Shown here: in pieces, positions 42,708-52,102 of the stretch
How the letters are laid out: each line of letters opens with the position of its first letter
Numbering within the stretch: position 1 is the stretch's first letter
From: Terriglobia bacterium
Lineage (GTDB): Bacteria; Acidobacteriota; Polarisedimenticolia; Polarisedimenticolales; JAIQFR01
Direction of reading: 5' to 3'
Assembly (NCBI GenBank): GCA_963748015.1
Contig: CAVVHE010000009.1
Location: 192,001-256,000, forward strand
DNA: 64,000 bases
The notes under the pieces: model-generated
The model's input: only the letters and a program-made list of their open reading frames with translations
Told to the model about the DNA's origin: nothing
Database searches by the model: none
Translations under genes and position numbers: made by a program

Positions 42708-43232
42708 ATGCGAATCCGCCGCGACATGCGTCTTGAATCCCAGGGCCCGATCGCGATCGCTTCGTTCTGCGCCGCCGTCGTGATCGCCGGCCTCCTCGTC
42801 GCGGCGCCGTGCGGCGCCGCATCCATACCCGCCTGGCTCGACGACGCCATCGCCGGCTGGAACGCGAAGAACCCGGCGCAGCAGTTCCAGTTCTCGGGCA
42901 TCAAGGACTCGTTCGTCTGGTACCGGATCGAGCGCAGTCCCGAGGTCGGACAGAAGCAGATTCGCGACGCCGCCTACCGGCTCCTGCAGGAGCACGGCTA
43001 CATGGTGACCGACGAGGAGGAGCTGGTCACGACCGGCACTCCTCCCGTGGACAGCGGGCGGGCCACCCCCAAGAAGTGCTGGCGGCGGTCGTTCGTCCTG
43101 ACCCTCGACGGCGCCGGCAACAACACGACCGCGATCGCCGGTGAGCGCTCGGGCGTCCAGCAGCGCCTGCTGACGAGCATGGTCTGCGACGACAACCCCA
43201 ACTGGGCCGCGGGGTTCCGCGTCAGCCAGTGA
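42708..43232 (+). CDS. Secreted hypothetical protein
   Basis: AAGGGG RBS; hydrophobic signal; GC3-rich codons; two Cys in the mature region. Confidence 0.65.
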   Translation: MRIRRDMRLESQGPIAIASFCAAVVIAGLLVAAPCGAASIPAWLDDAIAGWNAKNPAQQFQFSGIKDSFVWYRIERSPEVGQKQIRDAAYRLLQEHGYMVTDEEELVTTGTPPVDSGRATPKKCWRRSFVLTLDGAGNNTTAIAGERSGVQQRLLTSMVCDDNPNWAAGFRVSQ

Positions 43233-43257
43233 GACGGGAGGGTCTCTCTCTCAGCCG

Positions 43258-44316
43258 TCATTCCGCCCTGGGCGCCTCGGCGGCCCACGCCTCCGCGAGG
43301 GTGTGCGTGACGGCGAGAATGACGGGCCCGACGAAGATGCCGATCAGGCCGAACGCGACCAGGCCTCCGAGCACGCCCGCGAAGACGAGGATCAACGGCA
43401 GATCCGCGCCCTTCTTGATGAGAACGGGACGGAGGAAGTTGTCGATCGTCCCCACGACGAGCGTCCAGATCGCGAGAAAGATCCCCCAGCCGGTGTCTCC
43501 GGTGCTGAACACCCAGATTACGGCCGGCAGGAGCACGAGGAAAGGCCCGACCTGCGCGATGCAGAGGATGAACATCGCGGCGGTGAGAATCGGCACGAAC
43601 GGGACCCCCGCGATCAGGAGGCCGAGCCCCCCGAGAAGCGACTGCGCGAGGGCCGTGACGACGACGCCCAGCGCGACGCCGCGGATCGCCTGGCCGGCGA
43701 GGCGCAGGCTGCTCTCGCCGCGCTCCCCGGCGAGTCGCCGGGCGTACCGGCGGGCCATCGCCGCCGCGGCCTCTCCCTTGGACCAGAGTATCGCCGCGAT
43801 CACGACGGTGAGGAAGAACTGGACCAGCGCCATCCCGACGCCCCCGAGCTTCCCCATGAGCCACTTCGTCGCCTGCCCGGTGTACGGGGCGGCCTTCGTG
43901 AGCAGATCCTGAAGACCCGCCCCGAGGACCTTGTCCCAGGCGCTGGACAGCTTCTCGCCTACGAACGGCAGCCCGGTGATCCAGGCGGGAAGCGGTGGGA
44001 CGTGAAAGTCGGACAGCGACTCCGCGCGGGCGACGATCGCGTCGGCGTTCCCGACGATGGCGCCGATCGACACGACGAACGGCACGAACAGGAGGCCGAG
44101 GAGGACGAGGGAGAGCAGCGTCACGGCCAGCGCGCGCTTTCCCCACAGCAGTTTCTGCAGCCCGAGAAGGAGCGGCCAGGTGGCAGCGACGATCGTCGTC
44201 GCCCACACGAACGCGCCGATGAACGGTCGGAGGATCCAGAACGAGACCACGATCAGGGCGAGGATCGCGAGAACGTTGAGTAGGGTGCGTCCGATCTCCG
44301 CTCGGGGCTCTGCCAT
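43258..44316 (-). CDS. ydiK: AI-2E family transporter (YdiK-like)
   Basis: WILRPFIGAFVWATTIVAATWP, GQAIRGVALGVVVTA and DNFLRPVLI; AAGGAGG RBS. Confidence 0.88.
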   Translation of the reverse strand: MAEPRAEIGRTLLNVLAILALIVVSFWILRPFIGAFVWATTIVAATWPLLLGLQKLLWGKRALAVTLLSLVLLGLLFVPFVVSIGAIVGNADAIVARAESLSDFHVPPLPAWITGLPFVGEKLSSAWDKVLGAGLQDLLTKAAPYTGQATKWLMGKLGGVGMALVQFFLTVVIAAILWSKGEAAAAMARRYARRLAGERGESSLRLAGQAIRGVALGVVVTALAQSLLGGLGLLIAGVPFVPILTAAMFILCIAQVGPFLVLLPAVIWVFSTGDTGWGIFLAIWTLVVGTIDNFLRPVLIKKGADLPLILVFAGVLGGLVAFGLIGIFVGPVILAVTHTLAEAWAAEAPRAE

Positions 44317-44345
44317 CGTGGAATTCCTCCTTCGCCGGTCACGGC

Positions 44346-46226
44346 CTACGGCCGCAGGGCATCCTCGGACTCGAGCGCCTGCGTCCGGGCGCCCAGCCGG
44401 ATGAGCAGGGCCACGAGCACCCTTTGCGCGTCGCTCATCTCCGCGCGCTTCGCCACCACCTCGCGGGCGAGGGCGGGCTTGTTGGTGATCAGGCCGTCGA
44501 CGCCGAAGCTCATGGCGCGGAGCATCCACGCCGGGTCGTCGACGGTCCACACGTAGACGTCCTGCCCGGCCCGATGGGCCCGCCACACGAACCGGCGGTC
44601 GGCCATCCTCGCCTCGACCGCGAGGAAGTCGGCGCGGAGCGTCGTGATGTCTCCGACGGCCTTGGCCGCGAGAACCCCGACGCGCCAGGCCGGCCGCAGC
44701 CGCTTCATCTTCGCGACCATGTCGTGATCGAGGGACATGAAGATGCAGTCCTTCTCCATTCCCGCCGCCTCGACCAGCGCCACGACCTTCTCCTCGAGGC
44801 TCTGGTCGTGGCCGTACGACTTCAGCTCGACGACGACGCGGGTGCGGCCCTTGCACGCGGCGAAGACCTCGGCGAGCGTCGGGACCCCCTCGCCGGCGTA
44901 CCTCGGATCGACCCGGCTGCCGAGATCCACCGCGCGAAGCTCGGCCGCCGTGGACTCCCAGATCTTCTTCGGGGGGCCTCCCAGCTTCATCAGGTCGCTG
45001 TCGTGGACCACGACGACCACGCCGTCCGAGGATTCCTGGACGTCCAGCTCGACGTAGTCGGTGCCCTGCTCGATCGCGAGACGGAACGCGGCGAGGGTGT
45101 TCTCCGGCGCCTCGATCGACGCGCCGCGGTGGGCGATCACGCTCACCTCCCGGCTGCCGCGCGTGGCGAAGAACAGCAGCAGCGTGAACCCCAGGGCCGC
45201 GAGGACGGCGACGCCGGCGACCACGATCCTGGCGCGCGGGGAGAGCCGGCCAAGCGCGGCAGCGTTCTCCGCTTCCGCGATCGCGGCGGGCAGCCGTGCC
45301 TCGCCCGCGGGAGCGGCGGCGAGGTGGATGCGAACGAGACCGAGCGCGAACAGCGACGCCTGGACGACCGAGACGGCCAGCGTGAGCGCGGTCCACAGGA
45401 GCACGAGGCCCGCCACGAAGGCGATGAGGAGGGGAAGGGATCCGGCGATGCGCGGCGCGACGCCGCGGCCCAAGAGCTCCACGAGCCCGGTGGAGGCCAA
45501 CCCGAGCGCCAGGAAGGCGGCCGCCCACGCCCCCAAGACGATCGCGATGGCCGGCCGGTGACCCGCGACCCTTGCGGCGCTCGCGCCGAGCGCCCGCCGG
45601 GGGCTCACGTTCTCGAACAGGACGAGGGGGAGTGCGAGCGCCCATCGAAGGATCGTCCTCACGACCAGCGCGATGAGCGCGGCCGCGACGATCCCCACGA
45701 GCGCGGCAGCCGCCCAGAAGGCCGGGGGCTTTCTCGCGAGGTAGAAGTTGATGTCGTATCGCCGCAGGAGCGTGAAATAGACGGCGCCGCCCGCAAGGAG
45801 GAACGGAACGAGGCCGGCGAGCACGCGGAGGACCATGTGCCCGACGAGGCGAAGGACCGCCTGGGCGCGCCTGGCCCCGAACGCGAGGGCGCTCCTGGGA
45901 CGGAGCTGGATTCCGCGCGCCGCGGCGAGGCCTATCGCCATCAGGCACGCCATTTCGACCGCGGTGATGGTCGCGAGGAGCGCCGATCCCAGGAGGAGCG
46001 CCAGGACCCCGGCGCGGGTCGTCACGAAGAACCGCGCGATGTCGGCGTCGGCGGCGACCCGGGTGCCCGTCCGGGAGAGCAGCCATTTCAGGAAGAGCGC
46101 GGTCGCCGGCGCGAGCAGCGCGAACGAGATCGCCTTGTACGCGAGGTCCGTCGCCGCGAGACTCCTCCACGATCGGGAGAAGTCGCGCAGGGCTCCCGCC
46201 AGGATGTCACGCGCCTGTCGCCACAT
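44346..46226 (-). CDS. Glycerophosphodiester phosphodiesterase with N-terminal membrane domain
   Basis: IAHRGAS...PENTLAAF, ELDVQ, VVHD, WTVDD, GVDGLITNKP; multi-TM N-terminal half. Confidence 0.9.
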   Translation of the reverse strand: MWRQARDILAGALRDFSRSWRSLAATDLAYKAISFALLAPATALFLKWLLSRTGTRVAADADIARFFVTTRAGVLALLLGSALLATITAVEMACLMAIGLAAARGIQLRPRSALAFGARRAQAVLRLVGHMVLRVLAGLVPFLLAGGAVYFTLLRRYDINFYLARKPPAFWAAAALVGIVAAALIALVVRTILRWALALPLVLFENVSPRRALGASAARVAGHRPAIAIVLGAWAAAFLALGLASTGLVELLGRGVAPRIAGSLPLLIAFVAGLVLLWTALTLAVSVVQASLFALGLVRIHLAAAPAGEARLPAAIAEAENAAALGRLSPRARIVVAGVAVLAALGFTLLLFFATRGSREVSVIAHRGASIEAPENTLAAFRLAIEQGTDYVELDVQESSDGVVVVVHDSDLMKLGGPPKKIWESTAAELRAVDLGSRVDPRYAGEGVPTLAEVFAACKGRTRVVVELKSYGHDQSLEEKVVALVEAAGMEKDCIFMSLDHDMVAKMKRLRPAWRVGVLAAKAVGDITTLRADFLAVEARMADRRFVWRAHRAGQDVYVWTVDDPAWMLRAMSFGVDGLITNKPALAREVVAKRAEMSDAQRVLVALLIRLGARTQALESEDALRP

Positions 46227-46397
46227 GAGTTTCCCCCGGGCCCAGCCGGTCGCCCGTGCGATCGAACCACGATCGCGGGCACTGCGGCGCGCCGAGCATA
46301 TCCCAGGCGGCCCCGATTGTGGGAGTGGAGAGCTTGAGACCGTGTCGCGGGGCGTTCGCGGCGGCGTTCCGCGTATAATCGCCGAGGAGGGTCCCTC

Positions 46398-47009
46398 ATG
46401 AGACGTATCGCCGTCCTGGCGCTCGCATCGCTCCTCGCTCTGCCCGCGCTCGCCCAGACGCCGCCGCCCTCGCCGACGCAACCGCCGGCGCCCACGACAC
46501 CGCAGACGCCTCCGCCGGCCCAGCAGGCCGTGGTCCAGCCCGCTCCCGCGCCGAAGCCCAGCAAGTGGTTCTTCGGGGGCGGCATCGGCGCATCGTTCGG
46601 CGACGTCGAGTACGTCGAGATCGCGCCGATGGTCGGCTACCGCGTCCACCCGAGGCTCACGACGGGCGTGGGGGCGTTCTGGCGCTACCGCGACGACGGC
46701 CGCTATTCGCCGAGCATCACCACCAACGATTACGGCGGGAGCGTCTTCGCGCAGGCGTATGTCACCAAGCCGATCTTCGTTCAGGCCGAATACGAGTACA
46801 CCAACTACGAGTACCCCACGACCGACGGCGGGACCAACCGGGACTCCTACTCGGCATTCCTGCTGGGCGTCGGCTTCTTCAAGCCGCTCGGCGGCAACGT
46901 CGGGTTCTACGCGTCGGCGCTCTACAACCTGTCGTACGACTCGAACGATCTCTCGAGCCCCTACAACGACCCCTGGGTCTACCGCATCGGCGTCTCCGTG
47001 GGGTTCTGA
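46398..47009 (+). CDS. Outer-membrane beta-barrel protein with Pro/Thr-rich N-terminal linker
   Basis: TATAAT at 46374-46379 and GAGGAGG RBS; signal ending ALA-Q; ends IGVSVGF. Confidence 0.78.
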   Translation: MRRIAVLALASLLALPALAQTPPPSPTQPPAPTTPQTPPPAQQAVVQPAPAPKPSKWFFGGGIGASFGDVEYVEIAPMVGYRVHPRLTTGVGAFWRYRDDGRYSPSITTNDYGGSVFAQAYVTKPIFVQAEYEYTNYEYPTTDGGTNRDSYSAFLLGVGFFKPLGGNVGFYASALYNLSYDSNDLSSPYNDPWVYRIGVSVGF

Positions 47010-47020
47010 CCGGGCCCGCG

Positions 47021-47049
47021 GCGGCTCGATCGCGGGCGGGTCGAGCCGC
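47021..47049 (+). terminator. Hairpin downstream of the barrel gene
   Basis: GCGGCTCGA...TCGAGCCGC; no U tract. Confidence 0.4.
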
Positions 47050-47201
47050 GACTGGCGGCGCCGCGACGCTCGTCAGGCCGCCAAGATCTCGCGTGTTTCA
47101 TCCAAAATTCCGGATCAGTCCGCCGATTTGAAGCGGTTTCGTCGATCCGCGCCCGTCCGGTGGGAAATCGCCCTCCCCTGCGACGAGTTTAACAGCTTTA
47201 C

Positions 47202-47258
47202 AATCATACAGTTAGCCAGTCTACCCTCTTACGGCCCGCGGCGGGCATACGCCTTGCG
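47202..47258 (+). promoter_or_regulatory. Candidate sigma54 promoter with upstream IHF-like site
   Basis: GG-CATACGCCTT-GC at 47244-47257; AATCATACAGTTA at 47202-47214 has one mismatch to WATCAANNNNTTR, within an AT-rich patch. Confidence 0.5.
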
Positions 47259-47387
47259 GTTGTTCTTGGATGCGCTACAGTGCGCATGACGTTAGTTAGT
47301 CTATAGAGGTCATAGGAGAAAGGCGGGAGACGGGGCTAACAACGTGGCGTTCCCGCCCGGACATTTTCCACTCAAGGGAGGATATCG

Positions 47388-48002
47388 ATGAGAACGGCAA
47401 AGGTACTGGCTCTGATCGCGGTGGTGGCGCTCGCGATTCCGATGGCGAACGCGGCGGACTCGAAGAACAGCATCGGCGTGTTCGTGAACTACCTCATTCC
47501 GTCCGGAGACTACAGCGGGACGATCGAGGAAGGCGTGACCCAGACGCTCGAGGCCGACTCGGCGATGGGCTATGGCCTCAGCTACCGCTACATGTTCCAC
47601 CCGAAGTGGGACTTCGGCGCCAGCATCATGTTCGCAGAGCACGACATCACCGGATCGGTCACCGGCGAGGGCTCGGAGACGATCGGCAGCATCTCCTGGA
47701 TGCCGATTCTGCTCGACGCCAACTGGCACCTCGGCAAGCGGGGCCTGTTCTATGTCGGACCGACACTCGGCTACGCGATGTGGGACAGCATCGACGTCAA
47801 CGGCGGCGACTCGGTCAGCATCAAGGACTCGTTCGTCTACGGGCTCAACCTCGGTTTCGACTTCCCGTTGGGCGACAACTGGGCGATCAACGCGAATGCC
47901 CGTTACCTCATGGTCGGCGCGGAGACCGACGAGGGCAGCGACAACATCACGGTCGACGTGAATCCGTGGATCGTGGGCGTCGGCGTCAGCTACAAGTTCT
48001 GA
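47388..48002 (+). CDS. OmpW-family outer-membrane protein, copy 1
   Basis: Signal ending ANA-A; eight-strand pattern; VDVNPWIVGVGVSYKF. Confidence 0.82.
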   Translation: MRTAKVLALIAVVALAIPMANAADSKNSIGVFVNYLIPSGDYSGTIEEGVTQTLEADSAMGYGLSYRYMFHPKWDFGASIMFAEHDITGSVTGEGSETIGSISWMPILLDANWHLGKRGLFYVGPTLGYAMWDSIDVNGGDSVSIKDSFVYGLNLGFDFPLGDNWAINANARYLMVGAETDEGSDNITVDVNPWIVGVGVSYKF

Positions 48003-48040
48003 TCTCGAATCGCCGCCGCACGACGGCGGCGGATAGTAAG

Positions 48041-48084
48041 GACGGCCCTGCGCGCCAACCAGGCGCGCAGGGCCGTCTTGTTTC
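48041..48084 (+). terminator. Intrinsic terminator after OmpW copy 1
   Basis: 16-bp perfect stem GACGGCCCTGCGCGCC / GGCGCGCAGGGCCGTC followed by TTGTTTC. Confidence 0.75.
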
Positions 48085-48316
48085 CGGAGGAAGGCGCGCC
48101 GGGCGGTGAATGGTTGCCCCCCCTTCGGTCAAGGCGCCATCTGCTCTAGGATGGTCGCGCGAAAGACCAGCCGGCTCGAGGGGCGCGTGCACGAGGCCGC
48201 GGCGACAACCCCGGGAAATGACACCCTGTCCCTCGGGTTCTTTACGAGACGATGGCACGGCCGCTGACGGACAGGAGGTTGCCCACGCGGACGGTTCCAA
48301 TTCAAGGGGGGAATCC

Positions 48317-48934
48317 ATGAGAAGAACGACGATCCTGGTGCTCATCGTGGTGGCGGCTCTCGCGATCCCGCCGGCGAACGCGGCGGACAAGAAGAACAGC
48401 ATCGGCGTGTTCGTGAACTACCTCTGGCCGACGGGGGACTACACCGAGACCGTGGAAGGCGACACCCTCACGCTCGAGGCGGACGCGGCGATGGGGTATG
48501 GCCTCGCCTACCGGCACATGCTCAACCCGAAGTGGGACTTTGGCGCGAGCTTCTTCTTCGCCGACCACGACGTCAACGGGACGGTCACCGGCGCGGGGAC
48601 GGCGAAGGTCGCCACGGTCTCCTGGATGCCGATCCTGCTCGACGCCAACTGGCACTTCGGCAAGAAAGGGCTGTTCTACGTCGGGCCCACGATCGGCTAC
48701 GCGATGTGGGACGAGCTCGAGTGGGTCGTTCCGGAGGTTCCCTCGATCAGCCTCAAGGACCAGTTCATCTACGGGCTCAACTTCGGAATCGACGTGCCGT
48801 TCGGAAAGGGCTGGGCTTTCAACGGGAACGCCCGCTACCTGGCGGTCGGCGCGGAGACCGACACGGGCGAGGGCGACATCACGGTCGACGTGAATCCGTG
48901 GCTCGTCGGCGTGGGTGTCAGCTACAAGTTCTGA
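48317..48934 (+). CDS. OmpW-family outer-membrane protein, copy 2 (tandem paralogue)
   Basis: Shares KNSIGVFVNYL, SWMPILLDANWH and VDVNPW.VGVGVSYKF with copy 1. Confidence 0.82.
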   Translation: MRRTTILVLIVVAALAIPPANAADKKNSIGVFVNYLWPTGDYTETVEGDTLTLEADAAMGYGLAYRHMLNPKWDFGASFFFADHDVNGTVTGAGTAKVATVSWMPILLDANWHFGKKGLFYVGPTIGYAMWDELEWVVPEVPSISLKDQFIYGLNFGIDVPFGKGWAFNGNARYLAVGAETDTGEGDITVDVNPWLVGVGVSYKF

Positions 48935-48970
48935 TCGCGAATCGCCGCGCACGACGGCGGCAGAAATTCG

Positions 48971-49015
48971 AGACGGCCCTGCGCGCGATCCGCGCGCGCA
49001 GGGTCGTCTTGTTTC
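48971..49015 (+). terminator. Intrinsic terminator after OmpW copy 2
   Basis: 17-bp stem with one G-U pair, followed by TGTTTC; homologous to 48041-48084. Confidence 0.75.
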
Positions 49016-49108
49016 TGGACCGGAGAAAGCGCGATCCAAGAAAGGCGGCCGCCCTGGGATTTCGGTTCCAGGCCCTTTTTGCCCTAGGATACCCGCGCGG
49101 AAGCCGCC

Positions 49109-50020
49109 ATGAGAGCCACCGACGGGAAGACGGGAGCATCGCCCCGGGCCTTTTCCAACGACTGGCGACAATCGTCGCGTGTTCTTCTGCTTGCCTTGCT
49201 GGCGGCTGTTCTGGCGCCGATGGTGGGATGCGCGTCCGCCCGACCCTACAAGACGCATCCGGAGCTGCCGCGGAGAAAGAGCGGCATCGCGGCGGTCGGC
49301 GTCCTGCCGCCCGCGATCAGGATGTTCGAGGAACAGGCGAAGTTCGGCTTGAACGAGGCCGTTCCGCACGACGACTGGTCCTCTGCCGCCGACCAGGCGG
49401 TCGCGAGGGCATTCGCCGAGGAGATGGCCGCCGACCGGGTTCCTCTCGTGCCGATCGGTGCGGACGACCTCGAGGCGAAGGAGCTCGTCGAGCTCTACAA
49501 CGCCGTGGAGTTCAGCCTCCTGAGGCATGCGTTCGAGAAGAACACCGGAGAGATGCTCCCGCGGGAGCCCTTCCCCGAGCAAGTTCGGATTCTGGACTAC
49601 TCCGTGGGGCCCGCGGCGGAGTTCATGGATCGGCATCACATCGACGCCCTCTGGATCGTGCGGGGATTCAACCTGCTTCCCACGACGGGCGCGAGGGTGA
49701 TGCACGGAGTCGACGTCGCGCTCAGCGTCTTGTCGGCGTTGGGCGGGGTCGCCGTGCCGGTCATCGACCTGCAGAAGATCCAGCTCAGGGTGGCGCTGAT
49801 CGACAGGAGCGGCACCGTTCTCTACTACGGCGTGGCCGACGACAGGACGGCACGGCCGCCCGCGGGGCCTCCCGCCGAGCCCGTTTCGAGGAGCGGCGAT
49901 TCCGTTTCCGACTCCGCGGGGGAGCCGAGCTTCCCCGACGTCGACCTCCGCGATCCCCGGGCCGCCCGGCACTACCTGCAGGCGGCGCTCTCGGGCTACC
50001 GGGCGAAGGGGGCGCCATGA
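49109..50020 (+). CDS. Hypothetical lipoprotein
   Basis: Hydrophobic segment ending MVG-C; alpha/beta pattern (VGVLPP, LRVALID..G.VLY). Confidence 0.7.
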   Translation: MRATDGKTGASPRAFSNDWRQSSRVLLLALLAAVLAPMVGCASARPYKTHPELPRRKSGIAAVGVLPPAIRMFEEQAKFGLNEAVPHDDWSSAADQAVARAFAEEMAADRVPLVPIGADDLEAKELVELYNAVEFSLLRHAFEKNTGEMLPREPFPEQVRILDYSVGPAAEFMDRHHIDALWIVRGFNLLPTTGARVMHGVDVALSVLSALGGVAVPVIDLQKIQLRVALIDRSGTVLYYGVADDRTARPPAGPPAEPVSRSGDSVSDSAGEPSFPDVDLRDPRAARHYLQAALSGYRAKGAP

Positions 50021-50712
50021 AGAGCCCGGCGATCCTCCTCTGCGGCATCCTGCTCCTGGCCGGCACGGTGGCGTGCGCGCCCACCTGGAAGAGCGCGGGC
50101 GGAGCGGCGACGCTGTCGCCGGCCTACTTCCACCCGAAGGGGGAGACGGAAGGCGCGGCGACCGCGCCGGAATCCCGCGGGGTCTCCTTCACCGTCCCCG
50201 AAGGCTGGCACTGGTATCCCCTGGGCGACGACTTCATCGCGACCCGGGACGGCGTCTTCCTGCAGCAGATCCTCGTCGAGCGCCTTCACATCGACCAGGT
50301 CGAGCAGAAATTCGGCGGGGCCTTTTCGCTTGCCGTGTGGTCATCGCGGGCGTGGCCCGTGCACACGGCGAAGAGCCTGACGAAGCGCTTCGTTGCGGGA
50401 ATGCCCCCCGCCGACGCGGCGGAGGTCCTGCTCGGAAGCCGCGCGAACGATCCGAGCGTCGCCGGCCTCGAGGCGCGGAAGATCGTCACCCGGACGATCG
50501 CGGGGCAGCAGGCGTTCCGGGCGCTGTTCGATTTCCGGCTGAAGGGCTCCGTGGTCGATCCGTCGCCGCTCTACCGGTCGGCGTACTGCGGCTTCGTCGT
50601 CGGCGACTGGTTCTACGGAATCAGCTACACCGCGACGGCGCGGTACTACTTCGACCGGGACGCCGGCGCCTTCGAGACGTTCCTCGAGAGCGTCCGGCTC
50701 GTGGACCAGTGA
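50017..50712 (+). CDS. Hypothetical lipoprotein, possibly PsbP/DUF1795-like fold
   Basis: ATGA overlap with the upstream gene; lipobox TVA-C; GVSFTVPEGW and FETFLESVRL. Confidence 0.68.
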   Translation: MKSPAILLCGILLLAGTVACAPTWKSAGGAATLSPAYFHPKGETEGAATAPESRGVSFTVPEGWHWYPLGDDFIATRDGVFLQQILVERLHIDQVEQKFGGAFSLAVWSSRAWPVHTAKSLTKRFVAGMPPADAAEVLLGSRANDPSVAGLEARKIVTRTIAGQQAFRALFDFRLKGSVVDPSPLYRSAYCGFVVGDWFYGISYTATARYYFDRDAGAFETFLESVRLVDQ

Positions 50713-50734
50713 CCCGCGGAGGGAGCGGCCTCCC

Positions 50735-52062
50735 ATGAGGACGAGCTGCGATTCCTCGAGATCGTCGGCAGACTCCGGCACTCGCGGTGGCCTGTCTGCT
50801 CGCCGCGTTCGCCACGGGAACGACCGGGGACGCGGCCGCTTCGTCGACGAGCACGCCGGCGGCGGGACGGCAGCCGGCGCCGCCCGTGCGGAAGGCAGGC
50901 CTGCTGCCGCCGGCCCTCGTGCTTTTCGAGGATCGGAACGGTGCGGGGATCGGGCCGATGCCGGACGCGGCGGGGTCTTCGGTCGCGGCCGAGGCGGTGA
51001 GCGCGGCATTCATCGCCGAAATGGCGGCAAGGAAGTCGAGCTGACCGTCATCGGACAAGGACGAGATCGGGCCCGTCGACCTGTCCCGGCTGTACGCCGT
51101 TCCCGGCCGCCTGGCGAGCGGTGGTACGCGAGCCGTTCCCTGAAGCCGCGCTGGTGGTGGCGTATCCGCCGGGAGCGGTCGAAAAGGCCATGGATCGGCA
51201 CCGGCTCGACTCGCTGTGGGTCATCTCGGGGGTCGCCGTCCTCTCCAAAGAGAGCGCGGGAACAGCCGGATCGGCGGGGTCGGCCACAGAGACGCGGGCG
51301 CCAGGGACGCGGCTGCTTCTCAGGGCTGCGCTCGCCGACAGGGAAGGGAAGATCCTGTTCTCGGATGTCGTCGATGAAGGCCCCGTCGCGCGAGGCCAGC
51401 CCGCGCCGGGAGCGCCCGCGGCGACAGTCCCCGCGCAGGCCGATCTTCGTGATCCCCAGGTCGCCCGCCGGCAGGTCAAGGCGCTGCTCGCGGAGTATCG
51501 GACGGAAGAGGACAAGCGCGAGGCGGAACAGGCTGCCGCACGCGCGCAGGAAACCAGGGCGGCGTTGCCGAGGTCGCCCCATCGGGCCGAATTCCGGCTG
51601 GGTCTCGGCGTGTTCTTCTTCGCTCCCGAAGGAGTGGACCTGCACGCCGGCTTCCTACCGAAGAACAGCCGCCTGCAGTACGGCTACCGGTACGTCCGCT
51701 GGACGGATACCTTCGATGACCCGTTCACCGGCAACGAGCTGACGAAGACGACCGAGACCCTGCAGGGCCCGCAGGTAAACTACCTGTTCCGGCCCGAGAA
51801 GCGCGGCACGTGGTACGTGGGCGCCTCGGTGCTGCAGTGGTCGAAAACCGAGGCCGCGATGATGAATGGCGTGAGCGATTCGGACTCCGTCATCGCGCCT
51901 TTCTTCGGCGGCGGCTACACGCGGCGCCTCGGCAAGCACGTCTACTTCAACACGGCGATGTTCCTAGGCCCCGGGGCCCAGCTCGAGACGAACACGGGCG
52001 TCAGCTCCGAGGAGTCCTCTGGGGGGTTCGACATCCAGATCCAGCTCGGAGCGTTGTTTTAG
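50735..52062 (+). pseudogene. Frameshifted paralogue of 49109-50020 fused to a C-terminal beta-barrel
   Basis: Pieces in different frames align with the 49109 protein (AF..EMAA, REPFPE, MDRH..D.LW, DLRDP..AR); the 51121-52062 frame ends IQIQLGALF. Confidence 0.65.
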
Positions 52063-52090
52063 CAGAGGTCTTGGAAACGACTGGGAGGAC

Positions 52091-52096
52091 TACAAT
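52091..52096 (+). promoter_or_regulatory. -10 box TACAAT 6 nt before the GTG start
   Basis: TACAAT-CCGGCG-GTG at 52103. Confidence 0.4.
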
Positions 52097-52102
52097 CCGG
52101 CG

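Noticed and set aside
48253..48267. TGGCACG as a sigma54 promoter for OmpW copy 2
   Set aside because: The -12 position reads GA, not GC (TGGCACGGCCGCTGA)
48150..48290. c-di-GMP-I or purine riboswitch
   Set aside because: Core conserved motifs (GGCAAAC/GACGCAAAG or the purine junction) are absent; kept only as an unassigned low-interest structure
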